This document shows, in pieces, positions 29,072 to 40,156 of a stretch of 64,000 nt of DNA (position 1 is the first letter of the stretch; each line of letters begins with the position of its first letter). The stretch spans positions 1,216,001-1,280,000 of the forward strand of contig OZ253470.1 of assembly GCA_965261735.1 (NCBI GenBank), written 5' to 3'. Made by a program: the position numbers and the translations under genes. The stretch comes from Alphaproteobacteria bacterium. Its GTDB lineage: Bacteria; Pseudomonadota; Alphaproteobacteria; SHVV01. Under the pieces are notes generated by a model. That model saw nothing but the letters and a program-made list of their open reading frames with translations, was not told the origin of the DNA and ran no database searches.

Positions 29072-29783
29072 TCAATCGTCGGCGATCAGGCGTTTGACCA
29101 CGGGTCCGATGCGCTCGACGATGACGGTGACGCCGGCGGCGTTGGGGTGGATGCCGTCCGCCTGATTGAGTGCGGGGTTGGTCGCCACTCCGTCGAGGAA
29201 GAAAGGATAAAGCGTGGCGGCGTGCTCGTGCGCGAGAACCGGGAACAGCGAATCGAAGGCGTGCACGTACGCATTGTCGAGGTTGCGCGGCGCCAGCATG
29301 CCGGCGAGCAGTATCTTGATTCCGCGTGCCTTGAGCTGGCCCAGGATGGCGTCGAGATTGTCGCGCGTGACCGCGGGGTCGATGCCGCGCAGGGCGTCGT
29401 TGCCGCCGAACTGAACGATCACGAGGTCGGGTTCCTCGGCCAGCGTCCAGTTGAGGCGCGTCCGCGCGCCGGCCGTGGTTTCGCCGGACAGGCCGGCGTT
29501 GACGACCCGGGCCGGGACGCCTGCCGCCTCGAGCCACGCCTCGAGCCGGCGGGGAAAGGAATCCCGCCAGTGCAACCCGTAGCCCGAGGTCAGGCTGTCT
29601 CCGAAGGCGATGACGAGCGGCTCGGCCGCGGCCACGGCCGGGGTCATCGTTGCGATCAGCAGCGCCACGCCCAACCCCGTGAAAGATCGCCAAAAAGGGT
29701 AATATGGAAGAGACGCGCCCGTCTCGCGCGCACGCCGCCATCTGCCACCCAGCAGCCCCATCCCGCCTCGGCGCCAAAGTTTC

Positions 29784-29785
<2 letters not shown>
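29072..29785 (-). CDS. tesA: Arylesterase / acyl-CoA thioesterase I (SGNH/GDSL)
   Basis: FGDSLTSGYG, NAGLSGETT, GGNDALRG, QADGIHPN; start codon uncertain. Confidence 0.85.
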
Positions 29786-30524
<739 letters not shown>

Positions 30525-33158
30525 GGGCGCGGCCCGCGGCGCGACGCTGGCCGCCGGCCAGCAGCTAGGCCTCGCCGTCCGCCTGGCGCGGCGCGAGCTG
30601 CGCGGCGGCCTCAAGGGATTTCGCATTTTCCTCGTCAGCCTGGCGCTCGGCGTTGCCGCGATCGCCGGGATCGGCTCGCTGGCGGCGGCCATGCGCGCCG
30701 GGCTCGTCGAGAACGCCCAGGCGCTGCTCGGCGGCGATGTCGAGGTCGGCCTGCTCGGTCGCGGGCTCGACGCCGAGGAGGTCGCCTACCTCGGTGCCCA
30801 CAGCCTCGCGGTCAGCCGCGTCCGCGAAATGCGCGCCCTCGCCCGTGCCCCTGCGGGCGAACGGCGCACGCTCGTCGAACTCAAGGGCATCGCCGCGAAC
30901 TATCCGCTGTACGGCGCCGTCGCTCTCAAACCGACGATGGCGCTCGCGGCCGCTCTTGGGCCGCGCGAGGGGCGCCTTGGGGCCGTCGCCGAGCCCTTCC
31001 TGCTCGAACGCCTCGGCCTGCGCCTCGGCGATGCGGTGCGCGTCGGTAAAGAGTTGTTCGAGATTCGCGCGGTGCTCGAGCGCGAGCCCGACCGCCTGGC
31101 GAGCGCCTTCAGCCTCGGGCCACGCCTGATGGTATCGGAGGCGGGGTTCGATGCCACCGGCCTGGTGCGCGTCGGCAGCCTGATCCGGCACAAGTACCGG
31201 GCCGCGCTGGCCCCGGGCGAGAACATCGCGAGCTGGCGCACGGACCTGATGCGCGCCTTTCCCGAGAATGCGTGGCGCCTCCGCGACCGCCGCGATTCGC
31301 AGCCCTCGGTGCGCCGCTTCGTCGATCGTTTCGCGGTTTTCCTCGAGCTCATCGGCATTACAGCGCTGCTCGTCGGCGGCATCGGCGTCGGCAACGCGGT
31401 GCGCAACTACCTCGCCGGCAAGACCGAGACCATCGCCATCCTCAAGGGCCTCGGCGCGCCCGGTGCCGTTATCTTCCGCATCTATTTCGCCGAGATCGGC
31501 GTGCTGTGTCTCACCGGGGTGGTCGCCGGCCTGGCGCTCGGCGCGCTCGTCCCGCCGCTGGCCACGGCACTGCTGGCGGACGCGTTGCCGGTGCCGACAT
31601 CGGGCGGCCTCTATCCGGGGCCGCTGCTGCTCGCGGCCGCGTTCGGCGTCCTCGTCGCCTTCGTGTTCGCGATCTGGCCGCTCGCGCGGGCGCGCGAGGT
31701 GCCGGCGGCGAGCTTGTTCCGCGATATCGTCGCGCCGACCCGGCGCCTGCCGCGCGCCCGCTACCTCGTCGCCGCCGGTGGTGGTGCGCTGGCGCTCGCG
31801 CTGCTCGCCGTGTTCGCCGGCGGCCAGGCCTACATCGCCGCCTGGTTCGTGCTCGGCGCGGTTGGAGCGCTGCTCGCTTTTCGCCTCGCCGCAGCGGGGC
31901 TCGTGGCCGCGGTCCGCGCCCTCGGCCGACCGCGCCGCGCCGGTCTGCGCCTCGCGCTGTCCAACATTTGCCGGCCCGGCGCGCCTACCGCCGGCATCGT
32001 CGTCTCGCTCGGCGTCGGCCTGTCGTTGCTCGTCGCCGTGGTGCTCATCGACGCCAATCTCGAGCGCCAGGTGGCCGAGCGTATTCCCGACGTGGCGCCC
32101 GCCTTTTTCTTTATCGACATCCAGCCCGACCAAGCCGAGGCGTTCGACGCGGTGGTGAGCGGGGTCGTCGGCGCCGGCGCCGTCGAGCGCGTGCCGATGC
32201 TGCGCGGCCGGATCGCGGCCATCAATGGCGTCGCCATCGATACGGCGGCGGAGGTGCATGATGCCCATTGGGCGACACACCGTGAGATCGGCCTCAGCTA
32301 CGCCGCCGCCACGCCGCCCCGCACCCGCCTCCTGGCCGGAACCTGGTGGCCCGAGGACTATGCGGGGCCGCCGCTCATCTCGCTCGACGCCGAGGTGGCC
32401 CAAGGGCTAGGCCTCGGGCTCGGCGACCGCCTGACCCTCAACGTGCTAGGCCGAGAGATCACCGGGAGTATCGCCAATTTGCGCCACATCGACTGGATGG
32501 ACATCGGCATCAATTTCGTCGTCGTGTTCTCGCCCGGCGTGCTCGAGGGGGCGCCGCAGAGCCATCTCGCAACCGCGCGCGCGGCGCCGGCGGACGAGGC
32601 CGCGCTGTTCCGGGCCGTCACCGACCGCTTCGACAACGTCTCGCCCATTCGCGTGCGCGATGTCGTCGATGCCGTGGCCCGCGCCCTCGGGCAGATCGCC
32701 ACGGCCGCGCGTGCGGCGGCCGGCGTCACGCTCGCCGCCGGCCTGCTTGTGCTCGCCGGGGCGGTCGCTTCCGGGCATCGCCGCAGGGTGTACGACGCGG
32801 TCATCCTCAAGGTGCTCGGCGCCACCCGGGGCACCGTTCTCAAGGCCTACCTGCTGGAGTTCGCTCTCGTCGGCCTGGTCGCCGGCCTCATCGCCGCTGC
32901 GGTCGGCACCCTCGCCGCATGGGTGGTGGTTACGCGCGTGATGCACGCCGAGTGGCATCTCGTGGGCTGGGGCATCGCGGCCACCGTGGCGGGCGGCGTG
33001 GTGATGACCGCGGGCCTCGGATTCATCGGCACCTGGCGCGCGCTCGCGAGTCCCGCGGCACCCGTGCTACGCACCCCGTGAGCGGCTGTTCCGCTTGATT
33101 TCCGGGCGCGCCGCGCCAATATTAGGGCCACCAGGGAGGCTCGAGAGGGATTCATTCG

Positions 33159-33872
33159 ATGGCTGCTGACTACAGAACGCAGATCGGCGCGGCTGCCGCG
33201 GATCGGGCCGTGCTCGACGAGGGCCTGCGCGCCTACATGCTGCGGGTCTACAACTTCATGGCGTCCGGGGTGGCGCTCACGGGCATCGTCGCCTACGCGG
33301 TCGCCCACACGCCGGTGCTCTTCAACCTGATCTTCGGCACGCCGCTGTTCTGGGTCGTGCTACTGGCGCCGCTCGGCATGGTGTTCTACCTCAGCGCGCG
33401 CATCAACCGCATGAGCGCGGCCGGAGCGCAGACCGCGTTCTGGGTGTTCGCCGGCCTGATGGGGCTCTCGCTCTCCTCCATCTCCATCCAGTACACGGGC
33501 CTCAGCATCGCGCGCGTGTTCTTCATCACGGCGGCCACCTTCGGTGCCATGAGCCTTTACGGCTATACCACCAAGCGCGACCTCACCGCCTGGGGCTCGT
33601 TCCTGTTCATGGGCCTGATCGGCATCATGATCGCCGTAGTGATCAATATCTTCCTGCAATCGGCGGCGCTCTACTTCATCGTCTCGGTGATTGGCGTGAT
33701 CGTTTTCGTCGGCCTCACCGCCTACGACACGCAGAAGATCAAGGAGTCGTACTGGGAGGGCGATTCGCAGGAGATCGCCGGCAAGAAGGCGATCATGGGC
33801 GCGCTTCGCCTCTACCTCGACTTCATCAACCTGTTCGTCATGCTGCTCCACCTGTTCGGCCAGCAGCGCTGA
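33159..33872 (+). CDS. Bax inhibitor-1/YccA family membrane protein
   Basis: DEGLRAYMLRVYNFM, AYDTQKIK, GALRLYLDFINLF. Confidence 0.95.
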   Translation: MAADYRTQIGAAAADRAVLDEGLRAYMLRVYNFMASGVALTGIVAYAVAHTPVLFNLIFGTPLFWVVLLAPLGMVFYLSARINRMSAAGAQTAFWVFAGLMGLSLSSISIQYTGLSIARVFFITAATFGAMSLYGYTTKRDLTAWGSFLFMGLIGIMIAVVINIFLQSAALYFIVSVIGVIVFVGLTAYDTQKIKESYWEGDSQEIAGKKAIMGALRLYLDFINLFVMLLHLFGQQR

Positions 33873-33893
33873 ACGAACGGGGTTTGTAACGGC

Positions 33894-33926
33894 AACGCCC
33901 GGCGCTTGCGCCGGGCGTTTTCTTTT
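33894..33926 (+). terminator. Rho-independent terminator
   Basis: AACGCCCGGCGC-TT-GCGCCGGGCGTT followed by TTCTTTT, between convergent genes. Confidence 0.85.
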
Positions 33927-33941
33927 GGCGCGGGGCGCCGG

Positions 33942-34325
33942 TCAGTCGTTCTTGACGAGCATGAGCCCGGCGCGGTCGAGCATCTTCAACAGGCGCCCGA
34001 GCGCCCGCCCGCGGCCGAGCACGCGGCCCCGGCCGGTGACGAGGTAATGGCCCTCGTCCGCTCCGCCTCGCGGCAGCTTGACGACGCGATAGGCGGGGAC
34101 GTCGTGGGTGTGCCGAAAGACCGTGAAGACGGCGCCGTGGGGGCTCGGTTCGATGGCGTAGTCGCGCCATTCGCCAGCCATGACCTTGCGGCTATAGAGC
34201 GCCAGGATCTGGTTCAGCTCCTTGCGGTCGAAGAAGACGGGTACGGGATTGGGGAAGGGGTGCTTAGATCGAGTCGCGAATCCGGCCGCTTGGCGAAGGG
34301 CCGCGAATTCAACGACCTGGCTCAT
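33942..34325 (-). CDS. DUF2794 family protein
   Basis: VFFDRKELNQILALYSRKV.AGEWRDYAI. Confidence 0.85.
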   Translation of the reverse strand: MSQVVEFAALRQAAGFATRSKHPFPNPVPVFFDRKELNQILALYSRKVMAGEWRDYAIEPSPHGAVFTVFRHTHDVPAYRVVKLPRGGADEGHYLVTGRGRVLGRGRALGRLLKMLDRAGLMLVKND

Positions 34326-34499
34326 GTGCGGGTTCGCTCCGCGCAGGCCAGCGGACCAATCCGGTATGATCGTGCGGCGGTAGCCGGGGCCGGTCCTAGA
34401 GGCTGCGCCCGCTCGTAGCTGCCTTCGATCAGTTCTCCTCCCAAAGCCATCCTAGTCCGGCGGCCGAGGGTCGGCAAACGAAACCTGTTGGCCGGGGCC

Positions 34500-35470
<971 letters not shown>

Positions 35471-35474
<4 letters not shown>

Positions 35475-36442
35475 CTGCCCACCGTGGATGCCTCCTCGAG
35501 GCGGATGCAGGCGGCGCTGTGGCCGGGGCCGAGTGCCACCGGGGGCGGCACGCGCGCGTCGCACGCGGTGATCGTTAGCGGGCAGCGCCCGGCAAAGGGG
35601 CACCCCGGGGGCAGGGCATCGAGCTCCGGCACACGCCCGGCGATGGTCTCGAGCCGACGGGCGCCCTCGCCGAGACGCGGAACGGCCGCGAACAATCCCC
35701 GCGTGTAGGGGTGGGCCGGGCGGCCGAACACGGCGTCCGTCGGCCCCTCCTCCAGGAAGGTCCCGCCATACATCACGTGGACGCGCCGCGTCGTTTCGGC
35801 GACGACGGCGAGGTCGTGCGATATCAGGATCAGCGCCATGTCGGATTCGTCGGCAATCACCTTGATGAGGTCGAGGATCTGTGCCTGCACCGTGACGTCC
35901 AGAGCCGTCGTCGGCTCGTCGGCGATGAGCACGTCGGGGCTGCCGGCGAGCGCTATGGCGATCATCACGCGCTGGCGCTGGCCGCCCGACAGCTCGTGGG
36001 GATAGGCGCCGAGCCGGCGTTCCGCGTCGGCCATGCCGACGCGCTCGAGCAGGCGGTGCGCCTCGGCTCTGGCGGCGTGGCGCGTACCGCCGTGGGTGCG
36101 GAGCGCCTCGCCGATCTGCCGCCCCACCGGGTGCAGCGGGTTGAGCGAGGCCATCGGCTCCTGAAACACCATGGCGATGCGCCTGCCGCGAAGTCGGCAC
36201 CACGCGGCCTCGTCGAGCGCCAGCAGGTCCTCGCCGTCGAGCGCGATGCGGCCCGCGGCCATCGCGCCCTCGGGCAGCAGCCCCATCAACGCCAGCGCCG
36301 TCATGGTCTTGCCGCAGCCCGATTCGCCGACGATGCCGAGAGTCTCGCCGCGATCGAGCGCGAAGCTCACGCCGCGGACGGCGCGTGCCCCGCGCGGCGC
36401 CGGCAGGGTCACCGTCAGGTCCTCGACCGCGAGCAGCACCAT
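35471..36442 (-). CDS. Peptide/nickel ABC ATP-binding protein (DppD-like)
   Basis: GESGCGKT, YPHELSGGQRQR, DEPTTALDVTVQAQ. Confidence 0.92.
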
Positions 36443-37269
36443 CAGCGCGCCCGCGACAGCTTGGGGTCGAGCAGGTCGCGCAGGCCATCGCCGAGCAGGT
36501 TGAGGCCGAGAACGACGGTCACGATGGCGAGGCCGGGGAACAGGGCGAGCCCGGGCGCCAGGTACATGAAGGTTTGCGCCTCGTTGAGCATGCGGCCCCA
36601 ACTCGGGTCGGGCGGCTGGGTGCCGATGCCGAGATAGCTCAGCGCCGCCTCCGCGAGGATGGCGATCGCGAACTGGATCGTGGCCTGAACGATGAGGGCG
36701 CTGCCCAGGTTGGGCAGGATGTGCTCGATCGTGATACGCACCTGTCCCTTGCCGGCGACGCGCGCCGCGAGGACATAGTCGCGCGCCCACAGGGCGTTGG
36801 CCGACGCGCGTGTCACGCGCGCGAAGACGGGGATGTTGAGAATCCCGATGGCGATGATCGAGTTGACCGGGCCGGGGCCGAGGACGGCGGTGATCAGGAT
36901 CGCCGACAGCACCGCCGGGAACGCGAAGGTGAGGTCGCTCAGGCGCATGACGCCTTCCTCGATCCAGCCGCGCCGGGCCGAGGCGAGCGCCCCGAGCGCG
37001 ACCCCGATGAGCAGGCCGATGCCGACCGCGACGATGCCGACGGCAATCGAGTTGCGCGCGCCCACCATGAGCATCGAGGCGACGTCGCGGCCGAAATGAT
37101 CGGTCCCGAGCCAGTGAGATGCGCTCGCACCCTGCAGGCGTTCGGCGACGACGATGGCGGTCGCCGAGTGCGGCGTCCAGGCGAAGGAGAGCAGCGCCGC
37201 CGCGATCACCAGCCCGGTCAGCGCGGCGCCGGCCGCGAGGCTCCGGTGGTGGAGGGCGCGGACCATCAT
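36442..37269 (-). CDS. Peptide/nickel ABC permease (DppC-like)
   Basis: HWLGTDHFGRD, HILPN, EAALSYLGIG, NLLGDGLRD. Confidence 0.92.
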   Translation of the reverse strand: MMVRALHHRSLAAGAALTGLVIAAALLSFAWTPHSATAIVVAERLQGASASHWLGTDHFGRDVASMLMVGARNSIAVGIVAVGIGLLIGVALGALASARRGWIEEGVMRLSDLTFAFPAVLSAILITAVLGPGPVNSIIAIGILNIPVFARVTRASANALWARDYVLAARVAGKGQVRITIEHILPNLGSALIVQATIQFAIAILAEAALSYLGIGTQPPDPSWGRMLNEAQTFMYLAPGLALFPGLAIVTVVLGLNLLGDGLRDLLDPKLSRAR

Positions 37270-38213
37270 GCGGCGAGCTTCACGCGCGGGTCGATAGCCG
37301 CGTAGAGCACGTCGACGACGAAGTTGACGAGGATCACCATCGCGGCGAGCAGCACGACGACGTCGCGCACGACGACCAGATCGCGCTGGGTGATGGCCTG
37401 AAATACGAGGCGACCGAGCCCCGGCAGGTGGAAGACGTTTTCGACGACGATGGTGCCAGCGAGAAGATTGGCGAACTCGAGCCCCATGATGGTGACGATC
37501 GGGATCAGGGCGTTGCGCAACACGTGGCGCGTCAGGGTGGCCCTGGGCGTGAGCCCCTTGGCGCGCGCGGTGCGCACGTAGTCCTCGCGCATCACCTCGA
37601 GAACCGAGGAGCGGCACACGCGTGCGAGAATCGCGGCCTGCACCAGGGCGAGCGCCGCGGCCGGCATCAACAACGAGCGCAGCGCCGGCCAGGCACCCGC
37701 GTCCCAGCCCGCGAAGCCGCCCGCCGGCAGCCAGCCGAGGGTGACCGAAAACAACAGGATCAACAGGATAGCGAACCAGAAGCTGGGAACGGCGATCCCG
37801 AGCTGGGTTGCCGCCATGACGTAGAAATCGCCCGCGCGGTTGTGGTGCAGGGCCGCGTAGAGGCCCGCGGCTAGCGCGAGCACGGCGGCCAATACCATGC
37901 TGATGAGGGCGAGCGGCACCGTGACGCCGAGGCGCGGCCCGATGAGCTCGCCGACCGGTACCGAGTAGGTGTAGCTGTCCCCGAACTCGCCGCGCGCGAG
38001 CTCCGCGAGCCAGGCGCCGTAGCGCTCGAGCGCCGGCCGTTCGAGCCCGAGCCTGTCGCGCAGGGCGGCAACGGCCTCGGCATCGGCGTTGACGCCGAGG
38101 ATGGTGCGCGCCGGGTCCCCCGGCAGCACCTCGAGCACGATGAAAACGACGAGCGAGGCCGCGAGCAGCGTGAGGGCCGCCCCCAGGGCCCGCTTGGCGA
38201 GGAATGCGGTCAT
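37266..38213 (-). CDS. Peptide/nickel ABC permease (DppB-like)
   Basis: LPGDPA, EDYVRTARAKG, HVLRNAL, VENVF.LPGLG. Confidence 0.92.
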   Translation of the reverse strand: MTAFLAKRALGAALTLLAASLVVFIVLEVLPGDPARTILGVNADAEAVAALRDRLGLERPALERYGAWLAELARGEFGDSYTYSVPVGELIGPRLGVTVPLALISMVLAAVLALAAGLYAALHHNRAGDFYVMAATQLGIAVPSFWFAILLILLFSVTLGWLPAGGFAGWDAGAWPALRSLLMPAAALALVQAAILARVCRSSVLEVMREDYVRTARAKGLTPRATLTRHVLRNALIPIVTIMGLEFANLLAGTIVVENVFHLPGLGRLVFQAITQRDLVVVRDVVVLLAAMVILVNFVVDVLYAAIDPRVKLAA

Positions 38214-38259
38214 GCCGAGGGGCGTGCCGCCGGCGCGCGCTGGGCGCTGCGGGGGCCGC

Positions 38260-38925
38260 TCAGCCCCGCCTCTGGGCCAGCGTCAGGCCGTCGCCGATCG
38301 GCACCATCGAGACCGTAACCCGCGAGTCGCCGTGGATCTTGCGGTTGAGGGCGCGGATGGCCTCGGTATCGGCGTCCCGCTTTGCCTGATCGATCACGCT
38401 GCCGTGCCACAGCACGTTGTCGATGCCGATCAGGCCGCCCGGACATACCAGCTTGAGCGCGCGCTCGTAGTAGCCGTCATAGTTCGCCTTATCGGCGTCG
38501 ATGAAGGCGAAATCGTATGAGTCTGCGCGGCCCTCGGCGAGCAGCGCATCCAGCGTGGTGAGTGCCGGCGCGAGGCGCAAGTCGATCTTTCCGGCGACCC
38601 CGGCCTCGTCCCAGTAGCGCCGCGCCACCTCGGTCCATGCCTCGTTCACGTCGCATGCCGTTATCGTGCCGTCTTCCGGTAGCGCAAGAGCCACGGCAAG
38701 CGAGCTGTAACCCGTGTAGACGCCGACCTCGAGCGTACGCCTGGCGCCGATCAGCCCCATGAGAAGGCCCATCAGCGCACCCTGTTCGGGGCAAATCTGC
38801 ATCTGGGAAAAGGCGATCGACTGCGTCTCCTCGCGCAGGCGCGCGAGCACCGGCGCCTCGCGCACGGCGACACTACGCAGGTACTCGGCGAGCCGGGGGC
38901 TGAGCTGGATCGTGGACGACGACAT
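38260..38925 (-). CDS. Class I SAM-dependent O-methyltransferase (CCoAOMT-like)
   Basis: MQICPEQG, LEVGVYTGYS, FIDADKANY, DNVLWHG. Confidence 0.92.
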   Translation of the reverse strand: MSSSTIQLSPRLAEYLRSVAVREAPVLARLREETQSIAFSQMQICPEQGALMGLLMGLIGARRTLEVGVYTGYSSLAVALALPEDGTITACDVNEAWTEVARRYWDEAGVAGKIDLRLAPALTTLDALLAEGRADSYDFAFIDADKANYDGYYERALKLVCPGGLIGIDNVLWHGSVIDQAKRDADTEAIRALNRKIHGDSRVTVSMVPIGDGLTLAQRRG

Positions 38926-39109
38926 GGCCTGGCGACTCCTTTGGTAACAATTCGGTGACCGGGAATAGACGACATCGCCCCGCCGGGCGCAATCCCGAGG
39001 AAAGGCACCGGATGCGGGCGAGTCGGCGCCACCAGTGATAGGCGCGCCGGGGTTGCCAACCGGCGTTTGCCCTAAAACTGCCGCAATGATTCCCTATATA
39101 ATGAACATT

Positions 39110-39191
39110 GGGCCCAAAAGGACCCGGTCGCCTGCGAGTTGGGAATCCCCCCCCCCACCCAATTTCACCGGCGGCCGGGTCCGGCCTTTTT
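39110..39191 (+). ncRNA. Candidate small RNA: long hairpin with a C10 loop and U-tail
   Basis: TATAAT at 39097-39102; stem GGACCCGGTCGCC/GGCGGCCGGGTCC, inner stem GAGTTGGG/CCCAATTT, loop AAT-C10-A, then TTTTT. Confidence 0.4.
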
Positions 39192-39285
39192 CAGCCCCCA
39201 CTTTCCCCAACCCACCGATAGAGCGCCTGGCCGACCCGTGGCCTGAGCGCTATCCTGGCCTGCTTTCCCGATCCTTGGAGGGGCC

Positions 39286-39978
39286 ATGACGCTCACCCTG
39301 TACGAGCTGGTGGGCCGGGACGATCGCCGCGTCAGCCCCTATTGCTGGCGCTCGCGCCTGGCCCTCGCGCATAAGGGGCTGGCGCCCGAGATCATACCGG
39401 TCAAGTTCACCGACAAAAACACGATCGCCTTCAGCGGGCAGGACAAGGTGCCGGTGCTCCGCGACGGCGCCGAAATTGTCACGGATTCGTGGGCCATTGC
39501 GCGCCATCTCGAGGACGCCTACCCGGAAGCGCCGTCTCTCTTCGGCGGCAACATCGGCCGCGGCGAGGCGCGATTCATCAACCTTTGGGCCGACCAGGTG
39601 GAGAATCCGAGCATCGGCTCCCTCATCATCGGCGATGTCTTCGATCACGTCGACGACGCCGACCGCGACTACTTCCGGACCACGCGCGAGGCGCGCTATG
39701 GCCGGCCGCTCAGCGAGGTGCAGGCCGATCGGGAGGCGCGAGTCGATTCGTTTCGCAAGGGGCTCGCGCCGCTCCGCGCCGTGCTCGCCGAGCAACCCTT
39801 CATCGCCGGCGACGCGCCCGCTTACGCCGACTACGCGGTGTTCGGCGGCTTCCAGTGGGCGCGCTGCACCAGCTCTTTCGCGTTGCTCGCCGGAGACGAT
39901 CCGATCCGCCAATGGCGCGAGCGCGTGCTCGCCCTGTTCGACGGCCTCGCAGCCGGCGCCCTGGGTTACGATAACTGA
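39286..39978 (+). CDS. Glutathione S-transferase, beta-etherase (LigE)-like subfamily
   Basis: LYEL..SPYCWRSRLALAHKGL, KVPVLRDG, DSWAIA.HLE, YADY.VFG.FQWAR. Confidence 0.82.
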   Translation: MTLTLYELVGRDDRRVSPYCWRSRLALAHKGLAPEIIPVKFTDKNTIAFSGQDKVPVLRDGAEIVTDSWAIARHLEDAYPEAPSLFGGNIGRGEARFINLWADQVENPSIGSLIIGDVFDHVDDADRDYFRTTREARYGRPLSEVQADREARVDSFRKGLAPLRAVLAEQPFIAGDAPAYADYAVFGGFQWARCTSSFALLAGDDPIRQWRERVLALFDGLAAGALGYDN

Positions 39979-40156
39979 GAGTGGCTCGGGCGGACGCTTG
40001 GGCCGCGCGCCAAGCGTCAACGGTGCCTTCTCTGCGACAATGCGCCGTTCCGCGACTCAACCTCGCGAAAGCGGGGTGGCCGAACTATCCGCGTTTGGTG
40101 TAGCGCGGCGCCGCCGCTTGCTTGCGCCGCCCGCTGCCCGCTAGGATCGGCCGGCC

